Notes: generated from the letters alone by a model not told the origin. 64,000 nucleotides of DNA from Octopus vulgaris (GCA_951406725.2 OX597837.1:34906001-34970000), one strand, 5' to 3'. Numbered from the stretch's first letter, positions 1 through 12,440 are shown. A program made the numbers and translations.

Positions 1-87
1 TAGGTTATCACTGCTGTCTTTTTTTAATTGACTCATTGCTGCTTTTTGTCCATTCTTCTGCCCTTTACCAATGAGTTATGGTGCACT

Positions 88-300
88 GTAACTGGCAGAA
101 TTGTTAACATGCTGGGCAAAATACTTAGCAGAATTTCATCTGTTTTTTTGTTCTGAGTTCAAATCCCATCAAGGTCAACTTTGCCTTTCATTCTTTTAGG
201 ATTGATAAAATAAGTACCGGTTGAGTACTTGGTTCAATGTAATTGACTTACCCCCTCCCTTGAAATTGCTGGCCTTGTGACAAAATTTGAAATCATTATT
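88..300 (+). mobile_element. SINE family B, diverged copy
   Basis: CTGGCAGAA..GTTAAC..TTCTGAGTTCAAATCC (B-box-like)..TTTGCCTTTCAT..ATAAGTACC, matching many other copies in the window; ATT tail. Confidence 0.75.
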
Positions 301-324
301 ATTACTATTATCATAATAGCTATC

Positions 325-560
325 TGGATGCATTACCAGAGGCTTGGGAGTGATCAAGATGGAATTTGCTCAGGTTTCAATAACAGATGAAGACCCCCAC
401 ACCTAAAAGCAACAGAATAATAAAAGAATTATATCCTACAAACAACATATGCCGAATCCCAGGCAAAATCAGAATCATCATTGTCTCCGTTGTGACTTCA
501 TAGCAAAATCCAAATCTGGATTTGGATTTACACATCCATTGCAAACAGATACATCCTCTT
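325..560 (+). pseudogene. Possible decayed 3' end of an RTE-type LINE ORF (C-terminal Cys/His motif)
   Basis: Frameshifted CLRCDFIAKSKSG..LHIH resembles the C-terminal CxxC..S..GL..H motif of RTE ORFs. Confidence 0.3.
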
Positions 561-748
561 TATTTTTAATCATTTTTTGTGCATAAATCCTTTCCTTCAA
601 ACACTCATATGCACCGTACATGTCTCTACGAGAGATTTAGAAATTTAGTATTTCTTATTTTGATAATCAGTGAATAGACTTCACTGAATTATAGATTTAT
701 ACAATACGAAGTCGAGACAAATATCACCAGCTGACCGGTGTCTGCTAC

Positions 749-793
749 TCTAGGCCAAAGAAGGACAATGATCCTGAAACACGTGTCCCTAGA
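749..793 (+). ncRNA. Type I hammerhead ribozyme motif with mutated core
   Basis: tctagg-CCAAAGA-agga(caatga)tcct-GAAA-CACGTG-TC-cctaga: stems I and II pair fully, stem III is palindromic, GUC site; core deviates at positions 4 and 5. Confidence 0.7.
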
Positions 794-1289
794 TGCAGCT
801 CCGGCGGCCGGGGGGGGGGGGGGTGTGTCTCCCCTTCGTAAATGTATATAAGGACACAGGGAAAAATGTGTCAAAGCCATCAGGAGGCGTCGATGCTTCG
901 TAGGGCTATACAGTGGTGGTGTACCCCCCTACTGTCACGTTCGTGTTAGATTGACAGTAGACAACCACTCATATGCAGAAATCGAAGTAAGTGACCATCA
1001 TTATAAGAAGACTGGACTTCGAATACATAGTAAATATGCACTGGGACATGGATACTGAAATCTTAAAGAGAATAAGAGCAGGATGGAGGGCATTTATCTC
1101 AGTAAAGGGTGGGTTCAAAATAAAGCTGGACAAGACCATATATACAGGATTCTTCAATAATACTATCCTACTTGTATATTAGTATATGCAAATGAAACTT
1201 AGGCTACAATGAAGGGAAAAGGAAATCAATTGGCTACAATGCAAAGGGTCACAGAAAGACCCACACTAGGAATATCATTATGAGTGCGT

Positions 1290-1575
1290 ATCATCATCAT
1301 CATCATCATCGTTTAACGTCCGTTTTCCGCGCTAGCATGGGTTGGACGGTTCGACCAGGGTCTGGGAAGCCAGGAGGCTGCACCAGGCTCCAGTCTGATC
1401 TGGCAGAGTTTCTACAGCTGGATGCCCTTCCTAACACCAACCACTCCGCGAGTGTAGTGGGTGCTTTTTACGTGCCACCTGCACAGGTGCCAGGGGGTCC
1501 GGCATCGGCCACGATCGGTTGGAGCTTTTAACGTGCCACCGGCACGGAAGCCAGCTAAGGCGGCGCTGGCAACGT
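1290..1575 (-). mobile_element. SINE-like family E, 3' part with (ATG)n tail
   Basis: Reverse complement of 6480-6733; also at 37560-37757, 57595-57780, 22755-22920 and 63450-63560. Confidence 0.8.
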
Positions 1576-1980
1576 AATGTATTTGGACTGTATGTAGTGG
1601 GTGGAAAAGTTGTTCTGATGTTTGATGGAAAATACACCAAAAGGAGATAGGTAATATGTGGAGGTGCTGCTGTGTGGTAAGAAGTTTACTTCCCAACTAC
1701 ATGGTTTCAGGTTCAGTTTCACTGCCTGACACTTTGGGCAAGTGTCTTCTACTATAGCCCTGGACTGATCAAAGCCTTGTGAGTGGCTCTGGCAGACAGT
1801 AACAGAGTAAAATGAGGTAATATGAAAAGAGAGAGGCATGAATGATGTGATCACAAAATACTGAAAGCACAAGTTTCACTAGGATGGGCATCTCAAAAGG
1901 TTCACAAATGCAGTTGCTAAGTGGTATCCAAGAAATCAGGAAAAGACCACTCAGAAAGACTCCATGGTGACAGAAAGCCC

Positions 1981-2423
1981 AATAAAGTGATAGTATGTTG
2001 TCAACTTAACGTGACAGTCCCATGAAAGGGAAGAATGCCACTGTTATTTAGACTGAGGAAACACTGTTTCTTGTTGGACTTGGACACATTTTCTGTGTTG
2101 TTATGTTTTCAAAGTGGAGACAAGCACCTCCACTCAGCAAAGCCAGCTTCCAGAGACTAGTTTCAGAGTCATTACTCATCATCAGTCTAGAGTAGCATGA
2201 CTTGCTAGTTGACGATGCCTATCCGCCTTTGAAAACATATAATCATTCCAGTGAAACACATTCACTGATTTTTGAAAATAGAAATAATACATTTTGAAAA
2301 CAAAAGGACACAGGAAATGTGTCAAGTCCAACAGGAAACGATGTTCCCAAGGGCTAAATAACAGTAGCATTCTTCCCTTTTATGGGACTGTCACATTAAG
2401 TTGACAATATACTATCACTTTAT
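1981..2423. mobile_element. Fold-back element with about 135 bp inverted arms and an internal HHR (Penelope-like)
   Basis: 1982-2113 (ataaagtgatagtat..) is the reverse complement of 2290-2423 (..atactatcactttat); HHR lies in the spacer. Confidence 0.75.
2150..2190 (-). ncRNA. Type I minimal hammerhead ribozyme, canonical core
   Basis: Minus strand ctaga-CTGATGA-tgagt(aatg)actct-GAAA-CTAG-TC-tctgg; palindromic stem III ACUAGU, GUC site; only the first pair of stem II is mismatched. Confidence 0.85.
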
Positions 2424-3077
2424 CATGCTGCTACTGCATAAATCTCTGTGAGAGATTTAGAAGTGTATTATTTCAATTTAGCCCACGATGGAATACTGAA
2501 AGCACAAGTTCCACTAGGATGGGTATGTGAAAAGGTTCATGAACTCATGCAGTTGTCAAGTGGTATCCAACAAATCAGGAATAGGCCACTCAGAAAAGAC
2601 TCCATGGTGACAGGAAGATAATTTCGTTAAACAATTTAGCCCAAAATAGAAAATAATGGCACAATCAAGAAAGAATTAGAAGCGAATTGTAACCAATGAT
2701 TTATAACAACATCCACAAAATTCTGATTAGATTACAAGGTGAGGTTTGAAGGAGATTTGGCTGCAATTTGTTGAGGCTTCCTATCAATACATCAAACTAA
2801 TGTTTAGAACACAACTTTACAAAAGGTTTTTATGCAGAAATCAATTACATAATGAATCTTGAAAGACAAAGCCTCCGGTGTCACCCAATATGCTAGAAAT
2901 GGCTAAACTACACTCTAGTTTCTTTAAGAGGACAGGAAGGAGATGTTGGGTATTGAAATAGATTATGTCTGACTACTGAAATGATGTGGTGGCTGCAGTT
3001 AGAGTACATTTGATCATAAATTTGTTTGAGATAGTCTTGTGAGTGACATTTGGTCAACAGAAAGCAAGCAAGAACAT

Positions 3078-3206
3078 ATTGTATACATATATAAATATGC
3101 ATGTATGTTTCACATACACACACATACATATATATATGTGTGTGTGTACATGTGTTTATATATATGTATATAAACACGTGTATGTATACATGTGTTTATA
3201 TATATG

Positions 3207-3237
<31 letters not shown>

Positions 3238-3256
3238 GTAGATAAACATGTGTATG

Positions 3257-3310
<54 letters not shown>

Positions 3311-3410
3311 CATACATACACATACATGTATATGCCTATGTACATGAATATGTATATATGTGTGTGTGTGTGTGCATATGCATGTATGTATTTATATATA
3401 TATATGTATG
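3078..3410. repeat. (TA)n/(TG)n compound microsatellite
   Basis: Seen directly; source of the YIYI-type ORFs. Confidence 0.95.
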
Positions 3411-3570
3411 GAATGGATATACTCCTACTTACATTACAAACATAAAACATCAAGATGACATTGAAGAATATCTATAAAAATAATTGATTGGGTGCTTGTT
3501 TACAAAATAATTAGCAGTCCTTCAAAGATGAGAGGGGAGGGAGTGGAAAGAAGGGAAGGTGGGAGAGAGC

Positions 3571-3606
<36 letters not shown>

Positions 3607-5257
3607 GAGAAAGAAAGAGAGAGCCGTCTTAAGCTCTGCATGTTTGCAAACCAACCTACTTTGACTGAAAGTGCAGCCCAAGTGCACAGCTGGAAACAAT
3701 TGCACTCATTAATCCATTTCAATAATTATTTCTGAAGAGTCAACAAACGAGCAGGTTCTACATAGTCATTTCTAAAACTATTAAATCATGGCTGAGAAAG
3801 GACAGAAGACTTCTGCGTGAACTAGTAACCAGGCAATTAAACCGCCTCCTATCATCCTCCTGGTCCTCCTCTTCTTCACCAGAATAATCATACACCATAC
3901 ACACACACAGGTCATCTACATCCATCAATGCCAACTACTATGTCTCTATATGCAAATAAGGCAGCCTCTTGGTAATTGCTTGACTTGCTAGAAATAATAC
4001 CCTCCTTAACCATAAAATATGTTTCTATCTGTTGGGTAGTGGTAGGTTTTGACAGGACCAGTTTAACAGTGCAATATGTTTCCTGGATGGCTTCAACAGA
4101 GTTCCTCCCCACTGATCAAAGAAGGTGCTTTCCCACCAAAAATTATAGAGCACTACCCTTCAACATCTGACAAACTTACATAATACAGTTGTCTCCCTTG
4201 GCATAGAGCAGTGTTTCCCAACCTTTTTATCTGGTGCCCCACTTTTTAATAACAAATTTTCCAATGCCTCATTTTTTAATAACAAATTTTCCAGTGCCCC
4301 ACTATATAATAACAAATTTTCTGGTGCTCATCAACACATTTTTTGTTAATAGAGAAACATGATTTTTAATTCAGTTATCTGGCTGATGGATATCTCGACT
4401 CATTTAGTAAGAACCCTGTGCCTGGTACATAAGGCACAGATCCTTAATTTGAGGAGACAATTTCTTTAACTTCAGGCCATAATTTGTAATTTCAAGTAAG
4501 TTTTTCTTGGTTTCCAGCAAATTGTCAACTGTACTGAATCCACATTCAACCAAATAAGATGAAGGACAATGAATCAATAGTTCTCTTGCAGACATAGAGA
4601 TATTGCGGTATTTTCTTTCAACCTCGTCACACAGCCACATGTATGTACCTTTCAATTTAGATAAAGTCTTCACTGATTCATCATGTGGCAATTCCGATAA
4701 CTTTTCTTTGAAATAAACTGCAGCATCAGAAATGTCAATCAGCAGTGGTTGGGTTAAGCAAGAGGGAAAATGCATTGCCTTCAAATAACAAAATCTGTTA
4801 TTGAAGTCCTTTATTAAGATACTCAAATGATCAATAATTCTGGTGGCAACATCATTCATTATCTCACATTTACTCAGCCAGTATAACTAACTGAAATTAC
4901 TTTTGGAAACATTTTTTTGGCATATTTTGAGGGCTGTAATGAATCCAAAAATCTTTGCTTTCACATCAATAAGTATCATGTTTGCACCTTGGAGTTGTTT
5001 ATTCAAGTTTCCAAGTTTCTCAAAGATGTCTGTCAAATAACTGACAAATGCTTTTCCATCTGTTGTTGACACCATTTTCATTTCACATTTATCACTGAGA
5101 AAGTCATTCAGCTGATCAAATAATTTCATTCACCTTTTTAAGCTATTTCCACTTGATAGCCACCTTACTTCTGTATGAAGCAATAATCAAACGTGCTCGG
5201 CACTTTGATTTACACAAAACTACTTAAAAAGACATTCGACTTTGGGATTTGCTTTAA

Positions 5258-5478
5258 CCCTTTAGTGTTCGCATTATTCTGCCAAAGTTAATCCTTTTGT
5301 ATCCACATTGTTTTGAACTAATCATGCATTATCTTGTAGCTTTGAGATTTTGATGAGGTAGCTGTTAATTTTTAAAACGATATTGTAGGGTTGGTGTGAG
5401 AGACCAGATCTGGCCAGTTTGAACATAAAACAGGCAGAATACTTTTGGCCGGATATGGCCGGTTTAAATGTTAAAAGG
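5258..5478. mobile_element. TTAA-targeting (piggyBac-type) MITE nested in the hAT transposase
   Basis: TTAA|CCCTTTAG start, decayed TAAAAGG|TTA end; interrupts the transposase sequence. Confidence 0.65.
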
Positions 5479-6163
5479 TTACATCTGGTCACAGCTCATA
5501 GAATCTCATTAAGAACAGGGGACAGTTTCTTGGCAACCCAGTTTTCTCAGTGTATGATGCAATGGACAATCAAGACGTTTGGATTTTCATCCTTCATCCT
5601 GTTTTCTTGCCCATCATAGTTGGTGCACCATCTACTGCATAAGACAGTAAGTTTTATTTTGGCATTTTGTTTGCATCCAAATAATGTTTAAGTTTGCTGT
5701 GGATATCCTTTGCAGTTGTGGTTGTTGCCAATGATTCGCAAAACAGCATCTCTTCCTGAAAAGCCTCATGGTCAATATATCTCAATATATCTCACATAAG
5801 TCAATAACAGGGCTTCACTGTCCTGTAATGAGAATTCTCATGATCTTAATGTCTCAATAAGCAGGTTTTCAACATCTTGCCCCATTTCATCAATTCTGTT
5901 AGAGACAGTGTTATTACTAAGTGGTATGGCCCTGACCTCTCTATCATCTTTTTGTGGTACAGTTTTTAAGAATATTGAGATAGCTGGGTTTAATCAATTG
6001 TGTGATTCTTTCCATGTTTTGCTATAAGCAGGGAGATTTCACAGCTGGCTTCTAGGGCACGAGTGTGGGATGCATGTTGTGCAGCAAATAGTGGAGTGAG
6101 TCTTATTCAGTCTCCAGAATTTTCTTTCGGTGATTTGAAGTACTCCAAAATCTGAATTAGAAT

Positions 6164-6733
6164 TGTTATGAAGACCCGGAAGAACAAGTGAGACCATAAC
6201 CCGTGGCCTCTACCTGGGATGTAGCCAGTCCACTTATGCATACCTTTCCTTCTTGGGACACAAAACTCTACTTGTGAAGACCTGTTCAGGCAGTGAAAAT
6301 CAAAATCAAAATCAAAATTGAAGTCGAAATCGATCAACACCAATGGAAATTGCAGCTGTGATACCAGTGCCGGTGGAATGTAAGAGAACCATCCGAACGT
6401 GGTCGTTGCCAGCACCACCCCGACTGGCCTAGTGCTAGTGGCACGTAAAAGGCACTATCCGATCGTGGCCGTTGCCAGGCCCCCGTGCCGGTGGCACATA
6501 AAAAGCACCATCCGATCGTGGCCGTTTGCCAGCCTCATCTGGAACCTGTGCTGGTGGCATGTTAAAAGCACCCACTACACTCACGGAGTGGTTGGCGTTA
6601 GGAAGGGCATCCAGCCGTAGAAACATTGCCAGATCAGACTGGGCTTGGTGCAGCCTTCTGGCTTCCCAGACCCCAGTTGAACCGTCCAACCCATGCCAGC
6701 ATGGAAAGCAGATGCTAAACGATGATGATGATG
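6164..6733 (+). mobile_element. SINE-like family E, long copy with internal tandem subrepeats, nested in the hAT BED-finger region
   Basis: Transposase frame breaks at about 6734 and resumes at about 6163; 3-4 copies of TGCCGGTGGCACGTAAAAGCACC; (GAT)n tail. Confidence 0.8.
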
Positions 6734-7263
6734 TCTTATCCTCAAGTGCACTTTTATCCTGCCCACCTTCATTAACTCATTGCTCATTTTCTGATGACAC
6801 AATAAGCAGAATGGGATACGCTCATCATGCTCATTGGAAATAAACCCAAACTTCAAAAACTCCACTGAACATTGACGAGTCTTCTTCTTGTTTTGTTTAC
6901 TCATTTGAAAAAGGACTGACACAAATCCAAGAAAGTGATGAAACGATGCAGATGATGATTTTTGCACAGTGTAGAATGAAAGGGATTCGAAGCATCAATC
7001 AGCAATAGTGAGTGGAGTTGACTGCTGCTTTTATAAACACTTCACACTGGACAATAGATAATGAAACAGAGAAATAAATGCCTAACAAATGCTGATACCT
7101 AACTCAGGATGCTGACTGGTCATAGCTACATCAATTGCCATGGTTTAAGTATAAATATTGAATGGTGGTGTTTTTCTTCACTTCAACATCTACAGATAGG
7201 CTTAGGGTTGACAAAGGTGTGCTCAAGTCACTTGCAAAAATTTTCACAACCCATGCTAACACA

Positions 7264-7548
7264 CATCATCATCATCATCATCATTGTTCGACCATGGTCG
7301 AGACAATGGAATTTACTATGTTACGCCAGACTTCACGGTCCATCATAGCATTACGGAGGTCCTGTTCCTGGATGCCTGTATCCCTGGAGATTACATCAGG
7401 GTAGGAGAGTGTGCGCCCTCTGGTATTGCGAGTAGATGGCTTCCAGAGGAGAAGAGTAGAAATTACTTCTTTTTCAGCTCTACAACAATGTCCAGCAAAC
7501 TGGACTCTCCTACCTTTCACAAGAGATGACACAGGTGGTAGTTTCCCA
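7264..7548 (-). mobile_element. 5'-truncated RTE-clade LINE 3' end
   Basis: RRVQFAGHCCR..LLLWKP..RGR..YPDVI..AMMDREVWR then a stop and (TGA)n tail; open frame suggests a young copy. Confidence 0.85.
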
Positions 7549-7820
7549 CACACCCAACCTCAATTTTCCCACACCCCACGTTGGGAAACACTGGTGTAGT
7601 CACCTTTCCTAGCTAATAACCAGTTTGCATCTTACTGTCAGTACCATGTCACATCTGTAGTCTCAAGTCACATACGGCTCAGTTGGCCATGAAACTAGGT
7701 ACCACAGAAATGGAATAGATTTCTTCTCTCACCAGAAGCAGTACTGGGAAACTGATGCATGCTTCATTAACATATGGTGCTGAGTTCAATTCCTCTTAGG
7801 AATACAGCTAAGCAGTAGAC

Positions 7821-8079
7821 CGGTGGTTCTCCACTAGGGTCCATATGGCCCTTGCAGAGGGAGAAAATTGGCATCAGATTTTGTTGTGAAAATTTATCTG
7901 CAATAAATTGCTTATACTTCCACAAAACACAAAATATTTTAACAATTTCTTTTAATATAATTCCTAATAACATTTGATTAAAAAAATAAAATATGATTTT
8001 TTTTTTTAAACATCAAATGGCAGTAGAATAAAGCAAAAATCAAAGGGGTCCACAGTCAAAAAATGGTTAAGAAACCCTG
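7821..8079. mobile_element. hAT-derived MITE
   Basis: CGGTGGTTCTC..AAGAAACCCTG imperfect TIRs; flanks cagtagac/agatagac. Confidence 0.6.
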
Positions 8080-9855
8080 AGATAGACAGATAGGTCAAGA
8101 CAAGGAAGTGAGGAAGGAGTGAAAGCTGGGCACATCTGTAGCTAATTTGAACAAGATGACAACTTTATGACAAACCACCTCACCACCCCACACAATCAAC
8201 AGATGACCAAACAAACACACACAGATACTCATGAGCCAACCCACAAGAAATAGCAGCCAAAAATATCTTCCTCAAATCATATCTTAACATCTTAAGAAAA
8301 AGGGAAAGTCACGTTGGATGATATAATCCCAGATACAGTATAATGCTCCACTCCCATTCCAAAGACAGAGAGATAAGATTACCAGAAATCTGCTCAATCA
8401 GGAGCTTACCTGGGGTTAAACAACAGCAGCAACACATACATACACACACACTCCTAAAGGTGCTTGATTTTGATTCTAAACCGAATGGAGCTTATTGTTG
8501 GCAAGAAGGAAAAAAGAATGTAATGAGATTATGCTGAAACGTGACCTGGGAGTGGGGAGGGAGAGACAGAAAGAAAGAGACAGACAGACAGAGAGTGAGG
8601 AGGAGGAATCGGAAACATTCGCCTCCCGCCTCCTCCATCCACCACCTGTCAACAGTTTAGTCGGTAAAACAAGAAAAGGAGAACCAGTGATGCAGTGGTG
8701 GAGAAATGAAAGAAGACAGAAAAGTGAGGCCGATGGACTTGGACCAAGATCTCATCACAGAGTAAAAAAAAAAAAAAAAAAAATTAAGTCTAAGAAGAAA
8801 AATCAATAACAACAATTATTATTATTATTATTATTAGTGTTATTATTATTATCACCATCATTTCTTTATTTGCCACAAGAGTAACAAAGGAGGGAAACAC
8901 TATAAAGACAAGTAATAATATTTGAAAGAATAATAATAATAATGATAATAATAATAATAATAATAACAACAACAATGACGACAACGACGACGACGATGAT
9001 GATGATGATGATGATGGTTTTTCAGATTATAATGCTGGCGGCAAGGGATGAATACATAGAAGGAACTGAAGTGAATAAATGAGAAAATAATAATAATGAT
9101 ATAAATAATAATAATAATAATAATAACAACAACAACAATGTCAATAACAGAGAACAACAACAACTGCAATGAAAAAATAAATTCTTGGCTACATGACAAA
9201 TGTTTAACACTAAACAAACCAAAGTAATTACGCCATTGAAAGAACAGCCGAGGCGAGGGAGAAGGAGGAGGAGGAGGCAAGTATAATGGAGGTAGGAAGA
9301 AAAACGAAGAGGAAGGGGAGGACATATTTCTTTCTTTAAAGCAACAGGAAAAAAAGAAGCGATATATCGTGCTGCTGCCCCCCACGCCATTCTCCAAGAG
9401 TGTGTGTGTGCGCGCGTGTTATTTACATTTCTTTCATCATCATCATCATCAATGTTATTGTACTATTATCAACTGTCCCGACAAGCACTCAGCTCAGTGT
9501 CGGAGCATTGTTGATTTGTGTGTTTATATCAATCAGCTGTTATCACATAGAAAAGTGCTGGAGAAGAAAGAAAGAAAGAAAGAAATTTGCTGTGAGGAGT
9601 AAATAAAACAGAATATGTAAAAACCAAAAAAAAAAAAAAAAAATGATAATAATCTGACGACAACAGACAACAGACAACAACGTTTCGAACATTTGCCCAT
9701 TTTCAGAAAGAAATAATAAAGAGGTTACTCTGCCACAGGAAGCCGAATGAGAAAAATTAAAGTAGTGAAAGAGGATAATGGGGAGTAAAGAGAGAGTGGC
9801 AAAAGACATTATGATGTGGGACATATCATTATCATCATCATCATCACCACCACCA

Positions 9856-10385
9856 AATTTTTTTCGGCATATTTGGCATTAGGAATTTTTTTGTTTGCCC
9901 TTATTTATGAATTGTTTATAAATTTAACCTTTAAAGGTATTTTTTAATATGCTGGCCATTGATAAAATTTTTTTCTAAAAAAATTTTATCCTACATTAGA
10001 TATAAATTTAAGCATTCACTTCCGGACTCTCTCACTCTGTGAGGGCCTCAGTTCAAATCGCACGTGTCTCGAATGGGCTGGAGTATTTCTATTTTGGATG
10101 TATTTGGGGTACTTAATTGTGCTCATGACTTATTGTTTGCTTCTTCTGTGGGTATGAGTAAGTATCTCATTTATTTCTTTTGCCACATGTATCACTGACG
10201 AAGGGAGGGCTGTTATGAGCTAACCCTGAAATCGGTCCAATATGGTAATAATGGAATTTTTAGAAATTTCTGTCGATCTTTTTTTGAGTAGCGTGCGTAT
10301 TGTGAAAAAATTATATGGTTAATGGACAATATGTCCAATTTTTCGGCATATTTGGCATTAGAAGTTTTTTCGTTTGCCCTTATTG
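9856..10385 (+). mobile_element. Penelope-like non-coding element with about 48 bp terminal direct repeats and an HHR
   Basis: aattttttcggcatatttggcattag..gtttgcccttatt at 9856-9905 and 10337-10385; ends next to (TA)n. Confidence 0.7.
10189..10243 (+). ncRNA. Type I hammerhead motif, stem I eroded
   Basis: gtatca-CTGACGA-aggg..ccct-GAAA-TCGG-TC-caatat; stem I restores to tatcg/cgata if CpG decay is reversed. Confidence 0.7.
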
Positions 10386-10397
10386 TGTGCGTGTATG

Positions 10398-10435
<38 letters not shown>

Positions 10436-11593
10436 ATGGAGTTCCCTGTCATAGATGACGTATGAGTGCTTAGCTTTTTTGCTGATTGACCTGCACCAAT
10501 GATTTGTTTATACTGATCAAATGTATGTGCTGCACATTAGCTGCACATTGCATTATTAATAATGTAATAATGTTTCCTTGAAATTACAATAAAGTATGCA
10601 CATATGCATTGAAAGATTCACACTGAGATTGACAGACAGATAGACAAACAGACAGACACATTTTTTTAACACTTCACTTGAGAGAAGAAAACAATACAAC
10701 AGCAAAAACTAAAGATGTTTGTTTGTTTTTGGGTTTTTTTCTTGATATATTAAGCAATTTACAAACAATTAACAACAACATAAAAAACTAAAATAACAAA
10801 AGCAAATTATTAAAATCAATAGAAAAAAAACAAAAGAAAACTAACAAATGGCAGTGCCCCAGCAAATGGCGATGCCCCAGCATGGCCACAGCTCGTGAGC
10901 TGAAACTAGATGAAATAAAGATGAAATAAATGAAAGAACTGACCGACCCTCCCCCTTCTGATTCGTGAAACCCAGAAGCAACAGGTTCCTACCCCCTTGC
11001 ATATAAACAACAAAAGAGGTGTAAAGAAGACTTATAAAAGCAAGAACAAAATTTAAAAAATCCTGAATACACTTCCCTACCCACCTCAGTCCATTGCAGA
11101 AGAAAAAATGTTTTGGGTTTTTTTTTTGGTCTTAAAATGTGCCTGGAACTCGAGATATTTCTTTAATCTAGGTCAAGACTCTAAAACAGTTCAGTTGTAA
11201 TAAATGGCATAGAATGCAGATTGGAATTGGCAAAGGAAGATGGAATCATATTATTACTTAATCAAGCATAACGAAGAAAATTCGAAATTTTTATATTAAC
11301 GAGCAGGAGAAAATTAATGCGGAACTAAGAGACATTTGAGGGTCTTTTTTTTTTTTACCTTTTGTTTATTCTCTTTTACTTGTTTCAGTTATTAGACTGT
11401 GGCCATGCTGGTGCAATGCCTTATAGGGTTTAGTCAAGACAACCTGAGCCCCAGTATTTATTTTAAGTATATCGGTCTATTTTAATTCAATCAGTCTCTT
11501 TTGTCAAACTGCAAAGAAATTGGAACATAATCAAACCAACACCAATTGTCAAGCAGTGGGGGGAGAACACTAAAACAAATACACACACACACA

Positions 11594-12440
11594 CAGGGTA
11601 TGATAAGTAAATTGTCTTCATTTTATATTTTTAATTTCATGCATGAGCATTGTCTGTTTTTGATTTTGTCAACTACACAGTATAGTAGGGTCTGTTGGGC
11701 ACTGTCTGTGAGAAAAACAGCACCATGATGCTATTCACTTGGCCAGAAATTTGGAAATGACATGCTGTGCTGCTTGGTATTCATGCCAGAAGCTCCAATA
11801 CAAACATTTCTGAGTGTTTGGGTGTCAATCAGAGGACACTGATAAAAATCAAACATCCAGTCAACATCATGGTGTTTGGAGGGATAACTAGTGATGGTGA
11901 CGTTATGCCTCCATTCATCTTCCCACATGGCCTCAGACTCAACACAGAGGCCTACATCAAGTGCTTGGGGCAGGTAGTGCTGCCCTTGGTCAAGAGGGTG
12001 GCTGCTGGAAGACCCTATGTCTGGTAACAGGACTCTGCACCATGCCACACATGCAGGAGAACCCGGTCATGGCTGTCAGACAATTTCTGCAACCACATCA
12101 CCCCTAACATGCCACACAAGCATGAAAACCCAGTCATGGTCATCAGACATTTTCTGTGACCACATCACCCCTAACATCTGGCCACCTAATTCCCCAGACT
12201 GCAACCCCCTTGATTATTGTGTGGGGTGCAGTTGAGCAAGAGACCAACAAAACTCCTTGTAACACCAAAGATGAACAGAAGGCAAGGATTTTGGCAACAT
12301 TCACCAACTTAAACACAGAGACTGTCCAGAAGAGTTGCAGGAAATTCTGAAGTTGTCTGGAGGCTGTGGTAGAAGCCAATAGCGATTTTATTGAATAAAT
12401 TTACTCTTTAGTATTTCAAGATATTTTTATGTAATTTTGG
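11594..12440 (+). mobile_element. Tc1/mariner-superfamily (maT/DD37D-like) internally deleted transposon remnant
   Basis: KHPVNIMVFGGITSDGDVMPPFIFPHGLRLN..VW*QDSAPCH..WPPNSPDCNPLDY; starts CAGGGT; right end lost; sister copy at 54112. Confidence 0.85.

Larger units (their letters stand above)
990..2700 (+). pseudogene. Fragmented RTE-clade LINE remnant (RT C-terminal region) interrupted by SINEs and a fold-back element
   Basis: EILKRIRAGWRAF..FFNNTILL matches the RTE EI.RRI..GW.AF motif; downstream pieces at about 1810-1977 and 2492-2700 read KWYP..RKRP..W with frameshifts. Confidence 0.65.
4404..6904 (-). pseudogene. hAT transposase pseudogene (ZBED5/SCAND3/FAM200-like)
   Basis: N-terminal BED finger MSKQNKKKTRQCSVEFLKFGF..PFCLLC..MK..HL; YLTDIFEKLGNLNKQLQG; C-terminal PSSYLVECGFS..QAQGSY; stops, frameshifts and two insertions. 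Confidence 0.9.
4209..7593 (-). mobile_element. hAT DNA transposon (Buster/Charlie group), full length, decayed, with nested insertions
   Basis: 14 bp TIR CAGTGTTTCCCAAC at 4209 and GTTGGGAAACACTG ending 7593; flanks gcatagag/gtgtagtc fit a decayed 8 bp nnnTAnnn TSD; 30 bp subterminal repeats at 4240-4330. Confidence 0.9.

Noticed and set aside
6369-6575. Repeat-spacer-like pattern suggesting a CRISPR array
   Set aside because: Eukaryotic context, the spacers are themselves repeated and there are no cas genes; these are internal subrepeats of a SINE-like element
8400-8430. Minus-strand CCCCAG|GTAAG as a second recursive splice site
   Set aside because: Lies in the end of a common repeat (ttgtttaaccccag, compare about 60707) and has a weak pyrimidine tract
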